The notes under the pieces are model-generated. The model had not been told where the DNA came from, did no database searches, and saw only the letters and a list, made by a program, of their open reading frames with translations. Both the position numbers and the translations under genes were made by a program. A DNA stretch of 32,000 nt. Source: Marinicrinis sediminis (lineage in GTDB: Bacteria > Bacillota > Bacilli > Paenibacillales > KCTC-33676). The stretch lies in NCBI RefSeq assembly GCF_042685085.1, contig NZ_JBHUMM010000023.1, positions 33,157 through 65,156 of the forward strand, given 5' to 3'. Positions 9,458 through 18,332 of the stretch are shown piece after piece (position 1 is the first letter of the stretch; every line of letters starts with the position of its first letter).

Positions 9458-10507
9458 TTAAGGATATACAGGAGTAAAATCAAGGCCCAGACTCTCGTCC
9501 CAGCCCATCATCAGATTCAGGTTCTGGACGGCCTGACCTGCTGCACCCTTCACGACATTGTCAATGACGGACAGAATGGTGACCCGATTCGTCCGCTCAT
9601 CCACTGCAAATCCGATATCACAATAGTTGGAACCCCATACTTCCTTTGTAGCCGGCCAGTTCCCCTCCGGGCGAATCCGCACAAATGGCTTCCCTTCATA
9701 AAACGACTGATAATAGTCGATAAAATCGGACACTGAACGCTTTTCCTGCAGCTGTGCATACATCGTACACAAGATGCCTCTGGTCATCGGAACCAGATGA
9801 GTGGTAAAGGTGGTCGTGATGGTCTGGCCCATCTGGTCAGACAGCACCTGTTCGATCTCCGGGATGTGCTGATGCTGATTGACTTTATATGGTTTGAAAT
9901 TTTCGTTGATTTCGGCGTAATGGACATTCAGTCCCAACTTGCGTCCCGCACCGGATACACCGCTTTTGGCATCTATAATAATGGAATGCGGATCGATCCA
10001 GTCCGCCTTTAGAGCCGGAATGAGTCCAAGCAGTGCCGCTGTCGGGTAACAGCCGGGGTTGGAAATCAGCTTGCGGTCGCGTACTTGCTCTCCGTATATT
10101 TCCGCCAAACCGTACACAGCCTGCTCCAATATAGCCGCAGGTGCAGCCTCGTGCTTATACCATTGCTCATAAGTCGCCGCATCCTTAATACGCAAATCAC
10201 CGGACAAATCAATGACTGTTAATCCCGCCTCCACCAGCTGGGGTACGAGCTTGGTGCTCACGCCTGATGGTGTTGCTGTGAATACGATATCGCATTTCTG
10301 TTGTATCAATGGAATATCCACCGGATCAAGCTCATCGACTAGCAAATGCTGCAAATGCGGAAAGCCTTCTGTAATCGGCGTTCCTGCATTGGACGATGAG
10401 ATGACCGAGGTGATCTCTACATATGGATGTCTAAGCAGCAGTCTTAGCAGTTCTACGCCTCCATAACCGGTAGACCCTACCACCGCTGCACGTAATTTTG
10501 AAGTCAT
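9458..10507 (-). CDS. argC: N-acetyl-gamma-glutamyl-phosphate reductase
   Basis: The ORF has VVGSTGYGGVELLRLL (Rossmann) and NPGCYPTA (catalytic Cys). The start was moved to the ATG at 10507 (MTSKLRAAVVG) behind GGAAGAGGGGAAC. The 21 extra track codons lie over the promoter. Confidence 0.93.
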   Translation of the reverse strand: MTSKLRAAVVGSTGYGGVELLRLLLRHPYVEITSVISSSNAGTPITEGFPHLQHLLVDELDPVDIPLIQQKCDIVFTATPSGVSTKLVPQLVEAGLTVIDLSGDLRIKDAATYEQWYKHEAAPAAILEQAVYGLAEIYGEQVRDRKLISNPGCYPTAALLGLIPALKADWIDPHSIIIDAKSGVSGAGRKLGLNVHYAEINENFKPYKVNQHQHIPEIEQVLSDQMGQTITTTFTTHLVPMTRGILCTMYAQLQEKRSVSDFIDYYQSFYEGKPFVRIRPEGNWPATKEVWGSNYCDIGFAVDERTNRVTILSVIDNVVKGAAGQAVQNLNLMMGWDESLGLDFTPVYP

Positions 10508-10541
10508 AACCGTTCCCCTCTTCCCATGCATAATATGTATA

Positions 10542-10570
10542 ATTATACTTACCTCAGTATAATAATTCAA
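10542..10570 (-). promoter_or_regulatory. sigma-A promoter of the arg cluster (-35 TTGAAT, 17-nt spacer, -10 TATAAT)
   Basis: The minus strand reads TTGAAT-TATTATACTGAGGTAAG-TATAAT, about 35 nt upstream of the argC ATG. Both hexamers are near-consensus with the ideal 17-nt spacing. Confidence 0.55.
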
Positions 10571-10571
10571 T
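10554..10571 (-). promoter_or_regulatory. candidate ArgR/AhrC operator (ARG box) overlapping the -35
   Basis: The minus-strand 18-mer ATTGAATTATTATACTGA matches 15 of 18 positions of the ARG-box consensus TNTGAATWWWWATTCANW, as I recall it. It lies in a very AT-rich promoter. Confidence 0.3.
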
Positions 10572-10587
10572 TGGTATTTTCACGTTT

Positions 10588-11457
10588 TTAATGGACGGCC
10601 TTAAAGCCCTCTCCCAGCACTTCTGTCGTGTCACTCAAGATAATAAAAGCATGGGGATCGACCGATTTCACCAGGGCTTTCAGCTTGCTCACTTCGGTCT
10701 GACTGACCACCACCATCAACACTTCACGCTTCGTTCCTGTGTATCCGCCATGCGCCGTCAATCGGGTCAGCCCACGGTCCAGATCCTCGAGCACCACTTT
10801 TTGAATATCGGTTTGCAGATCCGAGATAATGAACGCGACCTTGGAATAGGACAGGCCCATCTGTACGACATCGATGGTTTTGCTCGTGACAAACAAGCCG
10901 ATTAAGGCATAAAGCGCCTTTTCCGGTGAGAATACAAATCCGGCGGTAAGAATGACGAGACCGTCCAGGATGGCAATCGCCAGCCCAAGGCTGAGCCCTG
11001 TATATTTATGTATAATTTGAGCAGCCAGATCAAGTCCGCCCGTTGAGGCTCTGCCGCGAAACACAATGCCCAAGCCAATGCCGATGCATATCCCCCCATA
11101 AAGGGAAGCCAGCAAGGGATCATGAGTCGGCGTCTCCCACTCACGTGTCAGCAGGACAAACAAGGGAAGGATCACGGAACCCACTGCTGTCTTCACTCCA
11201 AAACGGCGACCCAGCAACAGCAAACCTGCCACGAACAAAGGGATATTGATCGCCCATTGTACAACCGCAGGCTCCCAATTGAAATAGCTCCGAAGGATGA
11301 TGGAAATGCCCGCCACACCACCAGAAGCAATTTCGTTGGGATTCAGAAACACATTGAAGCTGATCGCAATAATCGCTGCTCCTGAAATCAGGTACACATA
11401 TTCAAGTAACAGACGCCATTTGGAATTCAGTGCAAGTGTGGCCGTCATTCTTCTCAT
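10588..11457 (-). CDS. YitT-family membrane protein (UPF0750) with C-terminal DUF2179 domain
   Basis: The 289-aa ORF has five or six hydrophobic helices (ISGAAIIAISFNVFLNPNEIASGGVAGISIIL...). The soluble C-terminal end reads GGYTGTKREVLMVVVSQTEVSKLKALVKSVDPHAFIILSDTTEVLGEGF. The SD AGAGGGAG lies upstream. Confidence 0.85.
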   Translation of the reverse strand: MRRMTATLALNSKWRLLLEYVYLISGAAIIAISFNVFLNPNEIASGGVAGISIILRSYFNWEPAVVQWAINIPLFVAGLLLLGRRFGVKTAVGSVILPLFVLLTREWETPTHDPLLASLYGGICIGIGLGIVFRGRASTGGLDLAAQIIHKYTGLSLGLAIAILDGLVILTAGFVFSPEKALYALIGLFVTSKTIDVVQMGLSYSKVAFIISDLQTDIQKVVLEDLDRGLTRLTAHGGYTGTKREVLMVVVSQTEVSKLKALVKSVDPHAFIILSDTTEVLGEGFKAVH

Positions 11458-11511
11458 GGTATAACTCCCTCTATCATTGTATTTCCATATCGAACTGCCG
11501 CATTCCTGTCT

Positions 11512-11548
11512 GAAAAATAAACATCCTACACATCATGTGTAGGATGTT
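11512..11548 (-). terminator. rho-independent terminator of secA-prfB
   Basis: A 13-bp perfect stem AACATCCTACACA / TGTGTAGGATGTT with a 3-nt loop is followed on the minus strand by TATTTTTC. It lies 17 nt after the prfB stop. Confidence 0.65.
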
Positions 11549-11564
11549 CTGCTCCGGAAGCAAT

Positions 11565-12675
11565 CTATTCACGGATGATCATTTTTCGCAAATAGGCATC
11601 AATAAACGTGTCCAGATCGCCATCCATTACGGCATCCACATTGCCCGTCTCTACCTGGGTACGATGATCCTTGACCATGCTGTATGGATGGAAGACGTAG
11701 GATCGAATCTGACTGCCCCAAGCGATATCCGATTGCTCTCCCCGAATGGCTGCCAGTTCTTGCTTTTGTTCCTCGATCTTTCTTTCATACAGTTTGGAAC
11801 GCAGCATTTTCATCGCGCGTTCACGATTTTGTATCTGTGAGCGTTCAGACTGGCAAGTTACGACGACATTGGTCGGCAGATGGGTAATCCGCACAGCCGA
11901 ATCGGTCGTATTGATATGCTGGCCGCCTGCTCCACTCGCCCGGTAGGTATCGATTTTCAAATCTTCGGTTCGAATCTCGATATCCCCGATTTCATCATCA
12001 ATTTCCGGCACCACATCGCACGAAACGAAGGAGGTATGCCTTCTGCCAGAGGAGTCGAACGGGGAGATGCGTACCAAGCGATGCACGCCTTTCTCTGCTT
12101 TCAGATAGCCATAAGCATTGTAGCCCTTAATCAGCAGCGTTACACTCTTCACACCCGCTTCATCACCAGGCAAATAGTTGAGGACTTCTACTTTGAACTG
12201 CTTGTCTTCGGCCCAGCGGCGGTACATCCGCAGCAGCATTTCTGCCCAATCCTGAGATTCCGTCCCCCCCGCACCCGGATGCAGCTCCAAGATGGCATTG
12301 GTTTTATCATAAGGTTCACTGAGCAGCAACTGAAGCTCATACTTCTCCAGTCGTTCGGTCAGTGCCGGCACGCCATCTATCACTTCTTGGGCGGCGTCTG
12401 TATCCTGTTCTTCCTGTGCCAGTTCCATCATCATCTGCAAGTCTTCATAGCTGTCAAACAGCTGCTGAAACTGTTGGACCACTTCTTTGACGGCATTTGC
12501 TTCCGAGATGACTTTTTGCGCTGACTCGTTGTCATTCCAGAAATCCGGATCACTCATCTTGATTTCGAAGTTCTCGATTTGCTCAAGCTTGAGATCTAAG
12601 TCAAAGAGACCCCCTAAGCTGCTCTAATCGATCCCCAAGCTCACGCATTTCCTGCTTCACTTCTGCTTCAAACAT
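11565..12675 (-). CDS. prfB: peptide chain release factor 2, requiring a programmed +1 frameshift (join 12675..12604 and 12602..11565)
   Basis: The track shows only the downstream frame (from MSDPDFWND), with SPF (RISPFDS) and GGQ ([11 protein letters not shown]) motifs. Upstream, the ATG at 12675 opens [24 protein letters not shown] and stops at the TGA at 12603-12601. Shifting +1 at CTT-TGA-C continues as [21 protein letters not shown]. Confidence 0.95.
12600..12615 (-). other. RF2 autoregulatory +1 frameshift site: internal SD AGGGGG, 3-nt spacer, CTT TGA C
   Basis: The minus strand reads AGGGGG TCT CTT TGA C. This is the same architecture as the textbook prfB recoding site (SD-like element, slippery CUU, UGA followed by C). 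Confidence 0.85.
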
Positions 12676-12696
12676 GTGGCTCACCTCTTCATTGAT

Positions 12697-15207
12697 TTAC
12701 GCTCTGCCGCAGCATTGCTTGTATTTCTTGCCGCTTCCGCATACACACGGGTCATTGCGACCGATCTGCTGTTCGCGTCTGACCGGTTTTTTCGGCGCCG
12801 GCTCTTCCTTCGGATTGACAGCCTGACCTTCTGCCACAGCTTCACGCTTTACATTCTGTTCAACGACAGATTTAAAGATATATCGAGTGACTTCCTCTTG
12901 TACGGTTCCAATCATTTGCTCGAACATTTCAAAACCTTCGAACTGGTATTCTCTCAGCGGATCGGTATTGCCGTACGCCCGCAGATGAATCCCTTGACGC
13001 AGCTGGTCCATCGCGTCGATGTGATCCATCCATTTGCTGTCTACGGCGCGCAGGGTAACCACTTTCTCGAATTCACGCATCATCTCCGCGCCCATGGCTT
13101 CTTCACGCTCTGCATACTGGGTTTCTACCAATTCGGTAAAGTATTCGATGATTTCCTCTTTTTCTTTGCCTTTCAGATCAGCCGTTTTTACCTGATGATC
13201 TTCGTTCAGGAATGTGGCGTTTGCATAGTCTACCACGGCATCCAGATCCCATTCCTCAGGGATCACATCGTCGGCACAGTGAGCTTCGACAATTCGGCTG
13301 ACGACAGGGGTAACCATGCCCCAGACGACATCGCGAATGTTCTCGGACTCCAGCACTTCCTTGCGCTGTTTGTATATAATCATGCGCTGCTGGTTCATGA
13401 CATCATCATATTGTAGTACAATTTTACGAACGTCAAAGTTGTTGCCCTCTACCCGCTTCTGGGCAGATTCAATGGCTTTGCTGACCAGTCTGCTCTCAAT
13501 CGGCTGATCCTCTTCAAAGCCCAGTCGTTCCATTACATTCATAATATTGTCTGAACCGAATCTGCGCATCAGTTCATCTTCAAGGGAAATGAAGAATTGG
13601 GTAGAACCCGGATCTCCCTGACGGCCTGCACGTCCGCGCAACTGGTTATCAATACGGCGACTCTCATGACGCTCCGTACCAATAATATGCAGTCCGCCAA
13701 GGTCATGTACACCTTCACCCAGCATAATATCGGTTCCCCGGCCTGCCATGTTCGTCGCAATGGTGACGGCCCCTGCCTGACCTGCCTGGGCCACGATTGC
13801 GGCTTCTTCCGCATGGAACTTGGCATTGAGCACCTGATGAGAAATCCCTTTTTTCTTCAGCATCTGAGCGATCAGTTCGGATTTTTCAATGGATACGGTA
13901 CCCACCAGAACCGGCTGCCGTTTGGCATGGCGCTCGGAAATTTCTTCTACGACCATTTTATATTTACTGCGTTCGTTTTTATATACGGCATCTGCCAGAT
14001 CCTGACGAATCATCGGACGATTGGTCGGAATGATGATGACAGTCAGGCCATAAATTTTATGGAATTCTTCTTCCTCTGTTTTCGCTGTACCAGTCATGCC
14101 CGACAGCTTTTGGTACATACGGAAATAGTTCTGGAACGTAATAGTCGCCAAGGTCATGCTTTCATTCTGAATCTTAATCTGTTCCTTGGCTTCAATGGCT
14201 TGATGCAACCCATCGCTATAGCGACGACCTGTCATCAGGCGACCGGTAAATTCATCAACAATGACCACTTGATCTTCCTGCACGACATAATCCACATCGC
14301 GCCTCATGATGACATGAGCCTTCAGTGCCTGGGTAATGTGATGATTGAGGGTCACATGCTGATGATCAAACAGATTTTCAATGCCAAACGCTTTCTCTGC
14401 TTTTTCGACACCTTCCTCCGTGAGCGTCACATTCTTGATCTTCTCGTCGGTGTTGTAGTCGGTGCCCCCTTGCAGTGTGCGTACGAAGCGATCAGCAGCC
14501 ACATAAAGCTGGGTGGACTTTGCCGCCTGTCCCGAAATAATGAGTGGTGTTCTTGCCTCATCAATGAGAATGGAATCCACTTCATCAATGACGGCATAGG
14601 AAAGCGGGCGCTGTACCATTTGCTCTTTGTACAGCACCATATTGTCTCTCAAATAGTCAAAACCGAATTCATTGTTCGTCCCGTACGTAATGTCACAAGC
14701 ATATGCCTGCTTCTTCTGTTCGTGGGAAAGGCTGTTCAGGTTGCATCCTACCGTCATGCCCAGGAATTCATAGACCTGGGACATCTGCTCGCTCTGTGTG
14801 GAGGACAAGTAGTCATTGACCGTGATAACATGCACGCCGTTGCCAGCGAGCGCATTCAAATAGGCCGGCAAGGTCGCCACGAGGGTCTTCCCTTCCCCGG
14901 TTCGCATCTCGGCAATTTTCCCTTCGTGCAACACCATTCCACCGATCAGCTGCACATCAAAATGACGCATGCCGAGGGTGCGTTTAGAGGCTTCACGAAC
15001 GGTTGCAAAGGCTTCTTCTAGCAGATCGTCCAGGCTCTCGCCCTTCTCCAATCGGGATTTGTATTCATTTGTCTTGCCCTGAAGCTCTTCATCGCTGAGC
15101 TTTTGCATGTCCGGCTCAAGCTCATTGATTCGCTCCACTCTTTTGTATAAACGCTTTAGTTCGCGTTCATTTTGATCACCAAATATTTTCTTCACTAATC
15201 CAAGCAT
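12697..15207 (-). CDS. secA: preprotein translocase ATPase SecA
   Basis: The ORF begins [19 protein letters not shown] and has [10 protein letters not shown] (Walker A), [19 protein letters not shown] and the C-terminal zinc motif [14 protein letters not shown]. The start was moved to the ATG at 15207 behind GAAAGGGGA. The stop lies 21 nt before the prfB ATG. Confidence 0.97.
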   Translation of the reverse strand: MLGLVKKIFGDQNERELKRLYKRVERINELEPDMQKLSDEELQGKTNEYKSRLEKGESLDDLLEEAFATVREASKRTLGMRHFDVQLIGGMVLHEGKIAEMRTGEGKTLVATLPAYLNALAGNGVHVITVNDYLSSTQSEQMSQVYEFLGMTVGCNLNSLSHEQKKQAYACDITYGTNNEFGFDYLRDNMVLYKEQMVQRPLSYAVIDEVDSILIDEARTPLIISGQAAKSTQLYVAADRFVRTLQGGTDYNTDEKIKNVTLTEEGVEKAEKAFGIENLFDHQHVTLNHHITQALKAHVIMRRDVDYVVQEDQVVIVDEFTGRLMTGRRYSDGLHQAIEAKEQIKIQNESMTLATITFQNYFRMYQKLSGMTGTAKTEEEEFHKIYGLTVIIIPTNRPMIRQDLADAVYKNERSKYKMVVEEISERHAKRQPVLVGTVSIEKSELIAQMLKKKGISHQVLNAKFHAEEAAIVAQAGQAGAVTIATNMAGRGTDIMLGEGVHDLGGLHIIGTERHESRRIDNQLRGRAGRQGDPGSTQFFISLEDELMRRFGSDNIMNVMERLGFEEDQPIESRLVSKAIESAQKRVEGNNFDVRKIVLQYDDVMNQQRMIIYKQRKEVLESENIRDVVWGMVTPVVSRIVEAHCADDVIPEEWDLDAVVDYANATFLNEDHQVKTADLKGKEKEEIIEYFTELVETQYAEREEAMGAEMMREFEKVVTLRAVDSKWMDHIDAMDQLRQGIHLRAYGNTDPLREYQFEGFEMFEQMIGTVQEEVTRYIFKSVVEQNVKREAVAEGQAVNPKEEPAPKKPVRREQQIGRNDPCVCGSGKKYKQCCGRA

Positions 15208-15275
15208 GGGTTGTCCCCTTTCAGCGTTCTTGCCGCAGCATATCCCTGTGTGTTCGATACACATACTTAGTTAGA

Positions 15276-15304
15276 ATATTAACAGTTTGAACCAGTTGAT
15301 TCAA
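15276..15304 (-). promoter_or_regulatory. candidate sigma-A promoter for secA-prfB (-35 TTGAAT, 17 nt, -10 TAATAT)
   Basis: The minus strand reads TTGAAT-CAACTGGTTCAAACTGT-TAATAT. It lies between the hpf terminator and the secA start. Confidence 0.4.
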
Positions 15305-15342
15305 CAGCTTATATTTTGGAAGATTAGAGTAGGTCTACGTAG

Positions 15343-15373
15343 AAAAGCTTCACTCCCTCGGAGTGAAGCTTTT
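15343..15373 (-). terminator. terminator hairpin after hpf
   Basis: A 13-bp stem AAAAGCTTCACTC / GAGTGAAGCTTTT lies 14 nt after the hpf stop. The U-tract is short and partly inside the stem, so read-through into secA is possible. Confidence 0.5.
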
Positions 15374-15386
15374 CATCAGCGCTCAT

Positions 15387-15956
15387 TTATTTAGCAGGTT
15401 CGATAACCCCGTACTTTCCATCGTTACGTTTATAAACGACGTTCACTTCACTCGTATCCATGTTGGAGAATACGAAAAAGTTATGTCCAATCATGTTCAT
15501 CTGCAGAATCGCTTCTTCTATGTCCATCGGTTTCAAGTCGAAGCGTTTGGTTCGAACGAGTTCGAAATCTTCTTCTGCGTCCGGCTCATGAGGGGCAACA
15601 GCCGTATTGCCGATCTGCTCATAATTTTCCTTGAACAGGCTCTTCATTCCGCCTTGCTGACGAACTTTGCGATTCACTTTCGTTTTATGTTTGCGAATTT
15701 GTCTTTCCAGTTTGTCGACCACCAGATCGATGGAAGCATACATATCTTGACCTTTTTCCTCTGCACGAAGCAGTACACCTGTAAGCGGAATGGTCACTTC
15801 AACAATTTGTACATCTTTGATCACGCTTAAGGTGACATGTACATCGGAAGTAGGGGGAGCATCGAAATATCTTTCGAGTTTGCTCAGCTTTTTCTCTACA
15901 TATTCTTTCAAAGCTGCTGTTACTTCAATCTGATTACCGCGAATATGAAATCTCAT
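15387..15956 (-). CDS. hpf: ribosome hibernation-promoting factor, long form (YvyD/HPF)
   Basis: The ORF begins MRFHIRGNQIEVTAALKEYVEKKLSKLERYF (sigma-54-modulation/RaiA fold). It has the C-terminal dimerisation domain IVRTKRFDLKPMDIEEAILQMNMIGHNFFVFSN. The ATG at 15956 lies 8 nt after AAAGGAGG. Confidence 0.93.
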   Translation of the reverse strand: MRFHIRGNQIEVTAALKEYVEKKLSKLERYFDAPPTSDVHVTLSVIKDVQIVEVTIPLTGVLLRAEEKGQDMYASIDLVVDKLERQIRKHKTKVNRKVRQQGGMKSLFKENYEQIGNTAVAPHEPDAEEDFELVRTKRFDLKPMDIEEAILQMNMIGHNFFVFSNMDTSEVNVVYKRNDGKYGVIEPAK

Positions 15957-15982
15957 GTGCAACTCCTCCTTTACTTGGCTCT

Positions 15983-16012
15983 ATTGTATCATAGTCGAAT
16001 AGGCGACTTCAA
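15983..16012 (-). promoter_or_regulatory. candidate sigma-A promoter for hpf with extended -10 (TTGAAG, 18 nt, TGaTACAAT)
   Basis: The minus strand reads TTGAAG-TCGCCTATTCGACTATGA-TACAAT, about 25 nt upstream of the hpf SD. Confidence 0.4.
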
Positions 16013-16261
16013 AAAATCTTTACGATTTTTTTGAGGTTTCTGTCCCTTTTCGTCCATTGTGTTACACTGCTCCCAACTGTGAATAAAATCATAGCTTGCA
16101 GCCTGGGACGTCTACCTCGATTCGTTTACTCTATTCATTTATATGAGAGACATATAGAGCCTCTATCCTCATACACAGGTTGGATGGGTTTGAATCTGCG
16201 CTTCCGAACTTTCCCTCATCTATATGGCACTCAATTATATAGCATTCAATCTGACTCATTT

Positions 16262-16290
16262 AAAAAAATCCCTGCCTGTGGCAGGGACTA
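16262..16290 (-). terminator. rho-independent terminator of the Kelch gene
   Basis: An 8-bp GC stem TCCCTGCC / GGCAGGGA with a 3-nt loop is followed on the minus strand by TTTTTTT. It begins 11 nt after the stop. Confidence 0.65.
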
Positions 16291-16298
16291 ATTTTTGA

Positions 16299-17726
16299 TT
16301 ATACAAATGTATACTCATTGATTTCAAAAAACATCATTTTGTCAAAAATAATATAGTCTGTTCTACTTATAAAGGGACCGATATTGCTGGTTTTTTGAAT
16401 TTTGTAATAAGGTAATCCAATACCTGCATCCCGATTGCTATACCAGTCAAGGAACTGATTCACTTCAGTCATGGAAAGATCATATTCCTTTTCTAGACCA
16501 TTTTGCATTGTAATGACCAATATTGCCCGATTGTCATAATTAGGCGTAGCTGAGACTTCATTTGAATAGGTGCTCTCTACTTGATCAATGGCTGTAACGA
16601 CATAATAATACGTTGTGCCATTGGTGAGATTTGCATCTGTATACGTGGTGCCAGCTAATGAGGTAGCAACGGTTGTGTATGGTCCTCCGGATGTCGTGCT
16701 TCGTTTTACATTGTAACCTATCGCATCTGTTACCGCTTCCCAATTCAACACTACCTGCTGATTGCCGGCATTTGCTGTCAGATTAAGAGGAGCGTCCGGT
16801 TGAGCTACATAAGCATCCACCCGATCCAAAACATCTGCCCCATAACCACCGAATGTAATAATCTCATTATTCATTACAGCGGTTCCAAAACCTCTTTTTG
16901 CAATCGGCAAGTTTCCAAAGTTGGTCCAACTGTTGCTAGCGGGATTATAGCTTTCAATGGAAGTTAGATTACTGCCATTGTAACCACCGAGCACCAGAAT
17001 TTGTTGATTATAAATGACTGCACTCATATTGCTTCGACTTGTAGATAAGCTTGATTTGGTTGTCCAAGTATTTGTGGCAGGATCATACATCTCCATGGTA
17101 TTTACATAAGAACTTAAAGCCTTCCCACCCATTACATATATTTTTCCTGATAACACAACCGAATCCATATTTTCTCTAGGTGTTAGCATATTGCTCGCTG
17201 TGCTCCATGTGTCATTCTGAGGATCATAGATTTCAACAACATCTTGATATGTTTGCCCGTTTCCACCACCGATCACATATATTTTATTATTCAGCATAAC
17301 TGCACTAGCTAAATATCTAGCTACTGTCATAGGAGTTAAAGTTGTCCATGTATTTGTGACCGGGTTATATTTTTCAACGGTGTTTAGGGGGACTTGAGGG
17401 GATACATTCGATGTTCCTCCAAAAACATAAATCTCTCCATTATAAACTGCAGTGTCTGCTTGCCACCTGGAAGTAGGCGCATCTGCTTTTTGTGTCCAAG
17501 TTTTCAAATTCACATCAAATTCATACACACTATTCAAAACATTTGTGCCATCATATCCCCCAATCACATAAACTTTATCACCGACACTGGCATAAGCGAA
17601 GTTTGTCGTCTTTTTCGGTAATTCTGTGAATGTAGTCCAAACATTACTTCCCGATGCTGAAGATATAAGACTGAATAATAACAGCAAGCTAAACAAAAAT
17701 GGAATGATCACTTTTCTTTTTTTCAT
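16299..17726 (-). CDS. secreted Kelch-repeat beta-propeller protein with fibronectin type III domain and an unassigned ~85-aa C-terminal domain
   Basis: The signal peptide is MKKRKVIIPFLFSLLLLFSLISSASG. Six Kelch blades follow (KVYVIGGYDG, EIYVFGGTSN, KIYVIGGGNG, KIYVMGGKAL, QILVLGGYNG, EIITFGGYGA, each followed by a W). The Fn3 domain reads PLNLTANAGNQQVVLNWEAVTDAIGYNVKRS...YYYVVTAID. The ATG at 17726 lies 9 nt after GGAG. Confidence 0.8.
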   Translation of the reverse strand: MKKRKVIIPFLFSLLLLFSLISSASGSNVWTTFTELPKKTTNFAYASVGDKVYVIGGYDGTNVLNSVYEFDVNLKTWTQKADAPTSRWQADTAVYNGEIYVFGGTSNVSPQVPLNTVEKYNPVTNTWTTLTPMTVARYLASAVMLNNKIYVIGGGNGQTYQDVVEIYDPQNDTWSTASNMLTPRENMDSVVLSGKIYVMGGKALSSYVNTMEMYDPATNTWTTKSSLSTSRSNMSAVIYNQQILVLGGYNGSNLTSIESYNPASNSWTNFGNLPIAKRGFGTAVMNNEIITFGGYGADVLDRVDAYVAQPDAPLNLTANAGNQQVVLNWEAVTDAIGYNVKRSTTSGGPYTTVATSLAGTTYTDANLTNGTTYYYVVTAIDQVESTYSNEVSATPNYDNRAILVITMQNGLEKEYDLSMTEVNQFLDWYSNRDAGIGLPYYKIQKTSNIGPFISRTDYIIFDKMMFFEINEYTFV

Positions 17727-17910
17727 GTATACATCTCCTGTCAAATTTTAATCGAGTACTGGAATGAATGAGGCCGAAACTATCACTTCTTTCGGTAGTG
17801 AAAAAACCGTCGAGCATGTTTTTCATGAAGATTATGTATTTCCTTATGAACGAGTTCATTCCACCTCCTATTTCAGTATTGTGAACATAAATGTAGGGGA
17901 CAACGTCTAA

Positions 17911-17939
17911 ATAGTAAGGCAATGGTTTGGTTTTTTCAA
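17911..17939 (-). promoter_or_regulatory. candidate promoter of the Kelch gene (-35 TTGAAA, 17 nt, -10 TACTAT)
   Basis: The minus strand reads TTGAAA-AAACCAAACCATTGCCT-TACTAT. This would give a leader of about 175 nt. Confidence 0.3.
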
Positions 17940-17966
17940 GAAATTCCTTCCTTTAGTAAAGTCCAG

Positions 17967-18017
17967 AAATAAAATAAGGCTTCCCTCCTTGTCATAGCAA
18001 TGACAAGAAAGGAAGCC
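17967..18017 (-). terminator. rho-independent terminator of the cold-shock gene
   Basis: An 18-bp stem GGCTTCCTTTCTTGTCAT / ATGACAAGGAGGGAAGCC (two G-U pairs, 4-nt loop) is followed by TTATTTTATTT on the minus strand. Confidence 0.65.
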
Positions 18018-18080
18018 TGTTGGGCTAATCGTTCAAAATGAAACCATCTATATCGGTACCTCTCATTTAGAGGATGATGA

Positions 18081-18278
18081 TTACAATTTTATTACGTTAG
18101 CAGCTTGAGGTCCGCGAGCGCCTTCAACGATGTCGAATTCGACTTCTTGACCTTCTTCTAATGTTTTGAAACCTTCAGATTGGATTGCGGAAAAATGAAC
18201 AAAAACGTCTCCGCCTTCTTCTGTTTCGATGAAACCGTAACCTTTTTCTGCGTTAAACCATTTCACTTTACCTTGCAT
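18081..18278 (-). CDS. cold-shock protein (CspA/CspB/CspD family, 65 aa)
   Basis: The sequence is [65 protein letters not shown]. It has the RNP1 (KGYGFI) and RNP2 (VFVHF) motifs. The track start at 18326 is over-extended. Confidence 0.95.
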   Translation of the reverse strand: MQGKVKWFNAEKGYGFIETEEGGDVFVHFSAIQSEGFKTLEEGQEVEFDIVEGARGPQAANVIKL

Positions 18279-18332
18279 GTAATACATTCCCTTCGTCTTC
18301 AAATACGTGAGTTTTGGGTATCCCACAATTTG

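Noticed and set aside
13597-15021. 474-aa plus-strand ORF antisense to secA (also 12676-13416 and 11880-12524, antisense to secA and prfB)
   Set aside because: secA and prfB are unambiguous on the minus strand. The antisense translations are compositionally odd and lack motifs. They arise from stop-poor antisense frames.
15208-15264. N-terminal extensions in the ORF track (secA 15264, argC 10570, argJ 9483, csp 18326, cytidylyltransferase 26021, Fe-ADH 30369, pseG 25252, Kelch 17744)
   Set aside because: These are longest-ORF artefacts. The extensions overlap upstream genes or promoters, lack an SD and add residues that homologues do not have. Internal starts with good SD spacing were used instead.
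16031-16291. 86-aa plus-strand ORF in the hpf-Kelch intergenic region
   Set aside because: It starts at a TTG without an SD and runs through the Kelch terminator hairpin. Its sequence has no features. The region is better explained as the hpf promoter/leader plus a terminator.
16262-17939. AT-rich Kelch islet as a mobile element
   Set aside because: I found no transposase or integrase gene, no terminal inverted repeats and no flanking direct repeats. Only the compositional deviation supports foreign origin, so it is reported as a finding and not as a mobile element.
18050-18057. Sigma-D-like -10 element (ACCGATAT on the minus strand) downstream of csp
   Set aside because: The only TAAA upstream lies 8 nt away instead of about 15 nt. 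The site also sits between a stop codon and its terminator, so it is most likely a chance match.
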